In this document: positions 1 through 7,359 of the stretch, piece by piece
How positions within the stretch are numbered: the first letter of the stretch is position 1
Layout: each line of letters starts with the position of its first letter
Origin: Candidatus Micrarchaeota archaeon
GTDB lineage: Archaea; Micrarchaeota; Micrarchaeia; Norongarragalinales; UBA8480
Length of the DNA stretch: 28,490 nucleotides
NCBI GenBank assembly: GCA_043805855.1
Contig: JAZDHP010000059.1
Coordinates: 1 to 28,490 of the forward strand
Reading direction: 5' to 3'
The notes under the pieces: model-generated
Database searches by the model: none
Told to the model about the DNA's origin: nothing
What the model saw: only the letters and a program-made list of their open reading frames with translations
Position numbers and translations under genes: made by a program

Positions 1-50
1 ACAAATGGCTGAAAAGAAAGTAATACACTGGAGCGGAAGATAGTGATTAC

Positions 51-182
51 ATGGGAAAAATAAAAATAAGACAGTTAAAATTTGGCGAACCAGTTGAACT
101 CAGCGACTACTTCTGGCAAGTTCTTGAAAATTTACCAAAACACAGGTTTAAAAAAATCGGCAGAATAACTCAAATCACTTAA
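51..182 (+). CDS. small basic hypothetical protein, 43 aa (MGKIKIRQLKFGEPVELSDYFWQ...), not in ORF track
   Basis: ATG at 51 preceded by SD-like GTGAT; open to TAA at 180-182; followed by a T-rich tract at ~201-217. Confidence 0.55.
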   Translation: MGKIKIRQLKFGEPVELSDYFWQVLENLPKHRFKKIGRITQIT

Positions 183-200
183 CTAAAGAAACTTCTTCAC

Positions 201-217
201 CTTTTTTTTGATTTTTT
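201..217 (+). terminator. putative archaeal oligo-T terminator
   Basis: CTTTTTTTTGATTTTTT just downstream of the 51-182 ORF. Confidence 0.4.
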
Positions 218-244
218 CCATTCGTCTACTTTTTGACCGAAAGC

Positions 245-273
245 TTTTATATTACCGGATATCTATGGATATC
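245..273 (+). promoter_or_regulatory. TATA box plus palindromic operator of the toxin-antitoxin operon
   Basis: TTTTATAT at 245-252, then GATATCTATGGATATC (258-273; 7 of 8 pairs symmetric) before the ATG at 284. Confidence 0.5.
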
Positions 274-283
274 ATGACAAAAG

Positions 284-517
284 ATGGAATTTCAAGGAAA
301 GCCAGTCATTATTACAAAACACGCAGCGGAGCGAGCGCGTTTACGTTATATAGCCTACCCTGACCAAATTTACGAGATTATTCAAACGGGAAAGTTAAAG
401 CGTTTTGGAAAACATTTTCTGAAATTCGAGAAACGCGGAAAGCACGGCTGCACAATTTGCATTTGCGAAGAAGTCAGTGATGTAATAATAGTCAAAACAG
501 TTGAAAGAGGAACATGA
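284..517 (+). CDS. DUF4258/RelE-like putative toxin
   Basis: 77 aa; ITKHAAERARLR motif typical of the DUF4258 family; C-terminal IIVKTV; ATGA overlap with the downstream antitoxin. Confidence 0.65.
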   Translation: MEFQGKPVIITKHAAERARLRYIAYPDQIYEIIQTGKLKRFGKHFLKFEKRGKHGCTICICEEVSDVIIVKTVERGT

Positions 518-825
518 AAATGAAATGCCCATATTGCAAAGTTGAAATGGTTGAAATACACGGCGAGTTTGGACCAGAGAAAATCGATTTCCAAGGCGCA
601 CACTGCCCAAAGTGCGGAGAAGAATTCCTGACGATGGAACAACTTAAAGAATTAGGCGAAAAGCACAAAGCATGGCGAGAAAGCCAAAAAAGTATTTTTT
701 CCAAGTGGGGCAATAGCATCGGAATAAGAATTCCAAGCGAGCTAGTGGCCGCGTTGAAAATCAAACCTGGCGCAACAGCCTATGTAAAACGAGAGAAAAA
801 CGCGATAAAAATAACGCCCGCCTAA
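514..825 (+). CDS. antitoxin: YgiT/MqsA-type zinc ribbon fused to an AbrB/MazE DNA-binding domain
   Basis: CPYC...CPKCGEEF zinc finger at the N-terminus; KWGNSIGIRIPSELVAALKIKPG MazE/SpoVT motif at the C-terminus. Confidence 0.75.
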   Translation: MKMKCPYCKVEMVEIHGEFGPEKIDFQGAHCPKCGEEFLTMEQLKELGEKHKAWRESQKSIFSKWGNSIGIRIPSELVAALKIKPGATAYVKREKNAIKITPA

Positions 826-834
826 TAAAAATAT

Positions 835-1578
835 TCAAGAAAACTTCTTCGCTTTTTTCTTCATTAGTTCAAAGTAACGCACGTAGCTTTGCGCGAATTG
901 CTTGTTTTGAATTTGAATTGAAAACACCGGTTGCAAGTAATTATTGAAAACCACTTTATCCCCGTAAATCCAAGTGCCTACTGGCGTGAAGAAACTCTCT
1001 GGAAGCAAGTAAGTTTCAGTTAAAGGTAACGGCGCTAAGTCAGCTGCGCGTTTTCTACCCGCTTCATTGTCAACCAACAGCGCAACGAGTTTAATTCCCT
1101 TTGCAACGCGCATACGTTGAAACTTACTGCCGAACACATTACCAATAATTTCGCGAGCGTGGCCAGAGGAAATAAGCGAGTACCACGTTCCGCCCTCGGG
1201 GATTGAGTCAACAATATCCATTAAAACCGAACGAAGCCCAGCTTGACCTTCAAAAGTAGTGCTATTAACTGCTTGCGGTTGGCTTGAAAAACACGATTCA
1301 AGAAAAGAAAGCTTCTCGTCAAAATCTTCCTGCACTTTTTCAGCACGGCTACGTAGAACAGAAGGAGAAACTGGACTGTAAAGCATGTGCTTACCTAGTT
1401 TGAAACGAGTTGCTAGCCCTTTTTGCACTAGCCGCTCCGCAATGTCATAAGCGTTAGTACGGTGAACGCCGGATAAATTGCTTAAACGCGACGCCGTTGT
1501 CTTACCTGACTTTACTAGCACTTCGTAAACGCGCGCTTCGTTTTCAGTTAAACCAGCGACACTCAAAGGCGAATTCAT
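835..1578 (-). CDS. TrmB-family transcriptional regulator (cassette 1)
   Basis: GLTENEARVYEVL...SGVHRTNAYDIAERLVQKGL wHTH; C-terminal TWIYGDKV...FAQSYVRYFE effector domain. Confidence 0.9.
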   Translation of the reverse strand: MNSPLSVAGLTENEARVYEVLVKSGKTTASRLSNLSGVHRTNAYDIAERLVQKGLATRFKLGKHMLYSPVSPSVLRSRAEKVQEDFDEKLSFLESCFSSQPQAVNSTTFEGQAGLRSVLMDIVDSIPEGGTWYSLISSGHAREIIGNVFGSKFQRMRVAKGIKLVALLVDNEAGRKRAADLAPLPLTETYLLPESFFTPVGTWIYGDKVVFNNYLQPVFSIQIQNKQFAQSYVRYFELMKKKAKKFS

Positions 1579-1600
1579 AAAGAGTTCAGAAAACTCACTA

Positions 1601-1643
1601 AATAAAAAGGTTGTCGTAGCAACTGTACAACAAATCTATAACC
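1601..1643. promoter_or_regulatory. divergent promoter with putative TrmB operator GTCGTA-N7-TACAAC (1613-1631)
   Basis: TTTTTATT on the - strand (1601-1608) ~25 nt before the TrmB start; weak TCTATAACC on the + strand ~25-30 nt before the binding-protein ATG; imperfect palindrome between them. Confidence 0.55.
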
Positions 1644-1667
1644 GCGTGAAAAGAGACTAGCTATAGC

Positions 1668-2648
1668 ATGAACAAACAACATGCTTTGCAAATATTAGCA
1701 ATAGTTATTATCATCGCTGTTGGAATTTGGTTTACAAACGCACAACTCACTGGCCACGCCGTTGCGCAGGAAGAAAAAATAAAAATTGGCGTTGTTGAAC
1801 ACGCTGCTGGTTTACCTTATTTTATCGCGATTGAAAACAAATACTTTGAAGCAGAAGGCTTGCGCCCCGAATACATTTATTTCAGCACAACTAAACCCCT
1901 AGCAGATGCACTTGCAGCTGGGCAAATTGACGCAGGGCTCATTACATATTCTCTGTTGCTTGGTGCAGAAGCGCGGGCGCCGGGAGAGTTTAAAACCGCG
2001 CTAATGGTAGGCGAAGATACACAACACGGCGTTTTACCGCTCTTAGTTCCGGTGAATTCTTCTATCACTTCAATTTCACAACTCAAGGGAAAGAAAATTG
2101 GCCTAGCCGCAGCGGGAATGACGCCAATAGCAAAGATTATTTTTGGTAAATTCTTTAATAAAAACGAAATTGAGTTAATTGACATTGATTCTAAAATACA
2201 AACTGAAGTACTCGCAGCTGGAAGAGTAGACGCCCTGTTCGCAACTGAACCGCAAGCTACAACTGCAGTGCAAAAAGGTATTGGCCGCGTGCTTGAACGC
2301 AGCCCAAGAGCAAAATACGTTTTAGATCCGTTTCCAGCCGGCGCAGCAGTTGTTTTCAAAGCTAAATATACTGAACAACATCCAGTTGAAACTCAAAAAA
2401 TTATAGCCGCACTTGAACGAGCGGTTGACTACCTACGTGCGAATGAAACCAACGCAAGGGCAATAATGGCAAAGCAACTCAATTTACCTGCAGGCGTTGC
2501 GGAAAACGTTCCGTTATACCAATTTTACAAGCAAAGCGAGATTACTCCTACAGTAAAGCAAAGCGTGCAACAGCTAGCAGACATAATGCAAGAAAGCAAA
2601 CAACTAGACAAAAAAGTAGAAACAAGCGCACTGTTTTACAACGGCTAA
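1668..2648 (+). CDS. ABC-type substrate-binding protein, NMT1/SsuA/TauA family (cassette 1)
   Basis: N-terminal TM anchor; IKIG...LPYFIAIENKYFEAEGL; ALAAGQIDA; SITSISQLKGKKIG; AGRVDA...EP. Confidence 0.9.
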   Translation: MNKQHALQILAIVIIIAVGIWFTNAQLTGHAVAQEEKIKIGVVEHAAGLPYFIAIENKYFEAEGLRPEYIYFSTTKPLADALAAGQIDAGLITYSLLLGAEARAPGEFKTALMVGEDTQHGVLPLLVPVNSSITSISQLKGKKIGLAAAGMTPIAKIIFGKFFNKNEIELIDIDSKIQTEVLAAGRVDALFATEPQATTAVQKGIGRVLERSPRAKYVLDPFPAGAAVVFKAKYTEQHPVETQKIIAALERAVDYLRANETNARAIMAKQLNLPAGVAENVPLYQFYKQSEITPTVKQSVQQLADIMQESKQLDKKVETSALFYNG

Positions 2649-2650
2649 CG

Positions 2651-3400
2651 CTAAGGTTTCGCAATTTTCCAAAACGCGTCGAAGTAGGCTTGGAAACTTT
2701 TCACTGCTTCTTTGCTTTCCAAGAGGAAACCCTTGGGGTCTTGAGTCCAGAGGATTATGAAAACTTTGTTTTTGAAAAAAACTATTTGCATGTTCGTAAC
2801 TAGATACTGGGGCAAGAATCTAATCTCTGAATGCAAAGAAGTGGTTTCAACTATATTTTCCTTCATGTTGAAGTTTGCCAACATTTTGAGTTTAATCTTT
2901 TTAGCAGCGCGTCGACGGTGATGGCCATAGAAAAATTCACGCAAGTGAGGCACCTCTCCATAGCCAGCGCCGATTACATAGTAAGTTTCTCCTGGTTTCA
3001 ACTCGTCAAGCGCATTGCGGAAAAAGTTAGTAACTGCTTTGAAACCGTCAAAAATAGTAGCTTCGCTTACATCACCCGCTAACTTTTGACTAGCTTCAAG
3101 TTCCGGCAACATATTTTCAACTAGCAGCCGCTTTTCTTGCAATTGCTTCTCACGCTCGTCAATATAATCAATAACCCTACGGGGCGCCATACCTGAATAA
3201 AATTTTACCCCACTTTTCAACACGTGACCAGCTAACCCTTTTTTCTCCAAACGGCCAAGAATCTTGTAAACCTTTGACGAAGAAACGCCCGCCTTAAGTG
3301 CGAGTAGTCCGGTTTTAGTCGAGCCTAATTTAAGCAACGCAAGATAAACCTTAACTTCTCCCTGCGTAAGTCCAATTTCCTCGAGTAACTTCAAATCCAT
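2651..3400 (-). CDS. TrmB-family transcriptional regulator (cassette 2)
   Basis: LEEIGLTQGEVKVYLALLKLG...VYKILGRLEKKGL; C-terminal SFQAYFDAFWKIAK. Confidence 0.9.
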   Translation of the reverse strand: MDLKLLEEIGLTQGEVKVYLALLKLGSTKTGLLALKAGVSSSKVYKILGRLEKKGLAGHVLKSGVKFYSGMAPRRVIDYIDEREKQLQEKRLLVENMLPELEASQKLAGDVSEATIFDGFKAVTNFFRNALDELKPGETYYVIGAGYGEVPHLREFFYGHHRRRAAKKIKLKMLANFNMKENIVETTSLHSEIRFLPQYLVTNMQIVFFKNKVFIILWTQDPKGFLLESKEAVKSFQAYFDAFWKIAKP

Positions 3401-3423
3401 GACTAAATTACCGCGATACTGAA

Positions 3424-3474
3424 CTTAAAGGTTTCTACTGCGACCCCCCGAGGGGAATATAACTCTTAACCGCG
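3424..3474. promoter_or_regulatory. divergent promoter with putative operator CCCC-CGA-GGGG (3445-3455)
   Basis: CCTTTAAG on the - strand (3424-3431) ~25 nt before the TrmB start; GC-rich palindrome in an AT-rich spacer; weak TCTTAACC on the + strand. Confidence 0.5.
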
Positions 3475-3509
3475 GTTTTGGAACAATCATTTACTGTGGT
3501 GTTTGGAAG

Positions 3510-4514
3510 ATGAATTCAAAAATATTGCTTACAATAGGAATAATTGCAGTTATCGCGCTTGGCGCGTTTTACATAAGCGGAAGCCTAACTGGATTCGCAA
3601 CTGCTAATAAAATGGAAAAAGTGAAAATTGCCGATATACCGATCACGCAGAATATCCCGCTTTATTTAGCTCTTGAAAATGGATACTTTGAACAAGAAGG
3701 AATTGATGTTGAAGTTGTTAGGTTTGACTCTCCAAAGCAGATCGTTGATGCAGTTGTACTTAATCAAGTTGACTTAGCCGGACCAGGCGGAGCAACAGGC
3801 ATAAGTGCAATTGCAGAAACTCTAAGTCCAGGTTCATTAAAGTACTATGCATTTACGTGCCACTACGGAAATAGCGGAAATAGTTTACTCATTAAAAAAA
3901 ATTCAACTATGACTTCTATAAAAGAACTTGAAGGAAAAAATATAGGCAAATTGCCAGGAATCCAATGGACTACTATTGTAAAAAGAATTTTGAAAAACAA
4001 TGGCGTTGACGCTGAAAAAACTCAATTAGTTGATTTGGCAGTTCAAGTGCAGTTACAAGCGCTTGAAAGCGGGCAAATAGACGCGCTAGTTGGACTAGAC
4101 CCCATTGTACAAATTGGAGTTGAAAAAGGAATTGCAAAAATACTTATTCCTGGCTTAACAGAAAAATATTTTGTCAACCCGTCGTGTAACGGCGCTGGTT
4201 TTGTGTCAATTAAATTTATGCAAGATCGGTCTGAAACAGCTGAAAAAGTGTTAAAAGTAATGCAAAGAGCAATTAACGAGTCAAATGACCCTAGAAGTTG
4301 GCCTGAACAAAGAAAACTGCTTGAAAAATATTTAAAAGTTGAAAGACAAATAACTGAAAAAATGCCTTTTCCAATGGCAACATTCGTCTATGCTAGTGAA
4401 CTAAACAAAGAACAAAGCCAAGCAATAGAGCAATTCTGGAAAATTTTCTACGAAGATGGAATTATCAAAAAGCAAGTAAAGTTGGAAGATGTACTACTTA
4501 GCAACGTTAGCTAG
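3510..4514 (+). CDS. ABC-type substrate-binding protein, NMT1/SsuA/TauA family (cassette 2)
   Basis: TM anchor; PLYLALENGYFEQEGIDVE; SIKELEGKNIG; ALESGQIDA. Confidence 0.9.
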   Translation: MNSKILLTIGIIAVIALGAFYISGSLTGFATANKMEKVKIADIPITQNIPLYLALENGYFEQEGIDVEVVRFDSPKQIVDAVVLNQVDLAGPGGATGISAIAETLSPGSLKYYAFTCHYGNSGNSLLIKKNSTMTSIKELEGKNIGKLPGIQWTTIVKRILKNNGVDAEKTQLVDLAVQVQLQALESGQIDALVGLDPIVQIGVEKGIAKILIPGLTEKYFVNPSCNGAGFVSIKFMQDRSETAEKVLKVMQRAINESNDPRSWPEQRKLLEKYLKVERQITEKMPFPMATFVYASELNKEQSQAIEQFWKIFYEDGIIKKQVKLEDVLLSNVS

Positions 4515-5221
4515 ATTTTGGCAATTTTCCACATTGCTTCAAAGTAACTCTTGTAGGATTTGGCAACGTTTTTGTCACTAATCACAACTGCCAACGGAGG
4601 CTGAGTCCACGTTACAATTGCGACGTTGTTCCCAAAAACCCAAGTTGAAGATGGAGAAAAGAACTCTGAAGGTAGAAACTTGAACTTGCCGTAAATTGAC
4701 TTGATTGGCGTAGCAGTTCGATTGTCAAGTGAGAGCAACGTACGAGATTTAACGCCAGCTTTGCGTTTCTTGCGTTGAAAGGCAAAGTAATCATGTTGCA
4801 TAACTTCCCAAAACTCTCCAGACGCGCCAAAACTAACATATTCAGGCATAGTTAAAATCTGCGACAACATACTGTTAATTCCTTTTTTACTCCGATAAAT
4901 TTTCACCGTAGGCGCTTCTATCTTTGAACATAGAGTTTCAAGTTCTGGAATCAACTCACTTGCTATTTCCTTCTTCTCTTCAACCCATTCAAGTAAACGC
5001 GAAGGTGCAACTGCACAATAAACACGGCGCTCGCCTTCAGAAGAAATACTCACAAGTCCTTTTTGAATCAAACGCTCCAACGCATCGTAAGTAGTTGTAC
5101 GGTTAACGCCAGTTTTATGAGAAATTACGCCCGCGCGGCTGCCGCCTAGTTCTAGCAAAGCGACATAAGTGCGCGCTTCAATTGGAGTTAAACCCAATGC
5201 AGCTAAACGCGAGGTATCCAT
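4511..5221 (-). CDS. TrmB-family transcriptional regulator (cassette 3); start revised to MDTSRL at 5221
   Basis: LGLTPIEARTYVALLELG...TGVNRTTTYDALERLIQKGLV; SYKSYFEAMWKIAK; TATA ATTTAAGT ~25-30 nt upstream of 5221. Confidence 0.9.
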   Translation of the reverse strand: MDTSRLAALGLTPIEARTYVALLELGGSRAGVISHKTGVNRTTTYDALERLIQKGLVSISSEGERRVYCAVAPSRLLEWVEEKKEIASELIPELETLCSKIEAPTVKIYRSKKGINSMLSQILTMPEYVSFGASGEFWEVMQHDYFAFQRKKRKAGVKSRTLLSLDNRTATPIKSIYGKFKFLPSEFFSPSSTWVFGNNVAIVTWTQPPLAVVISDKNVAKSYKSYFEAMWKIAKI

Positions 5222-5244
5222 GAAAAAGATGAGAAAATACAAGT

Positions 5245-5292
5245 ACTTAAATTTATCTATGTGTTGTCAAGAAGCTCACAACAATTAATTAA
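5245..5292. promoter_or_regulatory. divergent promoter with putative operator TGTTGT-N10-ACAACA (5262-5283)
   Basis: perfect 6-bp inverted repeat between a - strand TATA (5245-5252) and + strand TTAATTAA. Confidence 0.55.
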
Positions 5293-5328
5293 TACTGAAA
5301 CCACTTCGAAACAATTCAGGTGGGAAAA

Positions 5329-6303
5329 GTGGACAAGAAAATAGCTTACAGTATTGTACTAATCCTAGCAATAGTTGGAATAGCTGCTTTGTTGTTTCCG
5401 CTTCACGGGATGACAGGCAAAGTAACCGCAACGCAGGCGCAAAAAGAAATAAACGTAGCTTATCTTCCAATTGCAAGCGATTTAAACTTTTTTGTAGCTA
5501 TGGACCAAGGTTTTTTTGAAAAATATGGTTTGAAGGTAAACGCAATTGAATTTGCCAAGTCTCCAGATGCTATTAACGCACTTGTAAGCGGAAATGTAGA
5601 CGCCGCTGCGCTAGTAGGCATAGAGTCAATTTACGCTGCGCAAGCTAGGAGTCCAAACGCGTTTAAGCTAGTGCAAGTTTCAATTGCGAACGAAAATACT
5701 TTAGTTCACAAAATCCTCGTAATGCCAAACGCTTCAATTACCAAGGTTTCTCAGCTGGAAGGTAAAAAAGTGGGAATTTTTCCTGGCGGAAATTTAAAAA
5801 CATTAACAAAAGTAGCTTTGAAAGATCAGCTTAATACAGAAAAGATTAATTTTGTTGAACTGGAACCAAATTTGCAAGTAATCGCGCTGTCAGTTGGGCA
5901 AATAGATGCACTAGTTAGTTTGGAACCAGTTGGTACAATCGCGCAAGAAAAGCTAGGCACGAGAGTAATTGAGTCAAACTTCCTCGCGAAGTACATAATG
6001 AACCCAATACCAACAGCCGGGAGTTTAATTTCAAAACAATATGCTCAAAATAACCCTACAAACGCACAGGCGTACAGCGCTGCATTGGAAAACGCTGCGC
6101 TGTTTATAAAAAATAACCCAGGTGAAGCAAAGAAAAGTTTAGTAACTTGGCTGCACGCTGAAGAAAAAATAGCTGAAAAAAGTGGAATTTATGAATATGT
6201 TGCGCCTGAAAAAGTAACAAGTGAACTTTCAACGCTGGCAGAGATACTCTACGCTAATCGAGTTGTAAAAAATAAAATAAACGTAACTGCACTCGTTGGT
6301 TAA
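5329..6303 (+). CDS. ABC-type substrate-binding protein, NMT1/SsuA/TauA family (cassette 3)
   Basis: GTG start after SD AGGTGG; TM anchor; FFVAMDQGFFEKYGL; ALVSGNVDA; SQLEGKKVG; GQIDALVSLEP. Confidence 0.9.
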   Translation: MDKKIAYSIVLILAIVGIAALLFPLHGMTGKVTATQAQKEINVAYLPIASDLNFFVAMDQGFFEKYGLKVNAIEFAKSPDAINALVSGNVDAAALVGIESIYAAQARSPNAFKLVQVSIANENTLVHKILVMPNASITKVSQLEGKKVGIFPGGNLKTLTKVALKDQLNTEKINFVELEPNLQVIALSVGQIDALVSLEPVGTIAQEKLGTRVIESNFLAKYIMNPIPTAGSLISKQYAQNNPTNAQAYSAALENAALFIKNNPGEAKKSLVTWLHAEEKIAEKSGIYEYVAPEKVTSELSTLAEILYANRVVKNKINVTALVG

Positions 6304-7358
6304 ATTTTCTTCACCATGCCGGTTTCGCTGTTTACTTCGACTTCGTCTCCGGTTTTGAACACTTTCGTTGCAACTTTCGTGCCGATTACGCATGGGAGTT
6401 TCAGCTCGCGTGCAACAATCGCCGCATGGCAAGTCATTCCCCCTTCGTTAGTTACAATCGCCGCGGCTCTTTTCATAACTTGAACAAAGTCAGGCGTAGT
6501 CATCGGAGTTACCATTATTTCTCCAGCGCGGAAATCACGTAGCTGTTCAACTGCAAAAATAACCCTAACTTTACCGCGTACAATGCCAGCGTTACAGGCA
6601 ACTACGCCTTTGACGACGTCTTTTGAAACAACCACATCTTCTTCGTAAAAGTAATTATTCTCTTTGAAAACTTTCTTGTAATCCCGAGTAGAGTAAACTT
6701 TGTCGTTGCAGTAAACGAAACCACCAGTACGGCAGTTAACTTCACTCCAGTTAATCTCTTTTCCCGCCGCCAGAGAATTTATTTCATCCGAAGTGACAAA
6801 ACGTTCTAGCTTTTCACTTTTACCAATTTTCTTCAAGTGCTTTTTCACAACCGTGCGCAGCGCTGCGTCAACAGCTTCAAAAGTACCTTCGGCGAACAAA
6901 CGATCTTTAAACGCGGCTTTGATCGACGCATCTGCATCTTTTCCAGCAGCTATACGTACATCAGCTTCCCAAAGCGTTGGAAGCAAGAGAGTAAACCGGT
7001 AAAATGGATATAAACCTTTGAAGTAGAACCGTAACTTTTGCAAGTTTGCGGTTGTCAATTCGCCTTTTACGAATTTTTCTATAAACAAACGTGTTGCTGA
7101 AATGTTTTTGATAAACGTTTCTCGTTTTTCCAAGTAGTAACGCGGGTTGCGCTTGAAAGCAGAGACAACCGCTTGTTTAATTGCAGTCATGTCGCTCTCG
7201 AGGAAAAAGAACTCAACGCACAAACCGTTTCCAACTGCAATTGTATCTCTATAGGAAACGCCGAGCTCGCGCTTGAAATCGTTAAATTGAGTTTCGCGCC
7301 ACCACTGGGAAGTAGCAAGGCAAAAGTCGCGAGTGAAAGTTTTTAGAACTTTTTCCAT
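6300..7358 (-). CDS. PEP-utilising enzyme mobile (phospho-His swivel) domain protein with unknown N-terminal helical region
   Basis: C-terminal GKVRVI...GEIMVTPMTTPDF...AAAIVTNEGGMTCHAAIVARELKLPCVIGT; too short for an ATP-grasp or PEP-binding barrel. Confidence 0.85.
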   Translation of the reverse strand: MEKVLKTFTRDFCLATSQWWRETQFNDFKRELGVSYRDTIAVGNGLCVEFFFLESDMTAIKQAVVSAFKRNPRYYLEKRETFIKNISATRLFIEKFVKGELTTANLQKLRFYFKGLYPFYRFTLLLPTLWEADVRIAAGKDADASIKAAFKDRLFAEGTFEAVDAALRTVVKKHLKKIGKSEKLERFVTSDEINSLAAGKEINWSEVNCRTGGFVYCNDKVYSTRDYKKVFKENNYFYEEDVVVSKDVVKGVVACNAGIVRGKVRVIFAVEQLRDFRAGEIMVTPMTTPDFVQVMKRAAAIVTNEGGMTCHAAIVARELKLPCVIGTKVATKVFKTGDEVEVNSETGMVKKI

Positions 7359-7359
7359 T

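Noticed and set aside
1..43. 3' end of an upstream CDS (…QMAEKKVIHWSGR*)
   Set aside because: Too short to assign at the window edge
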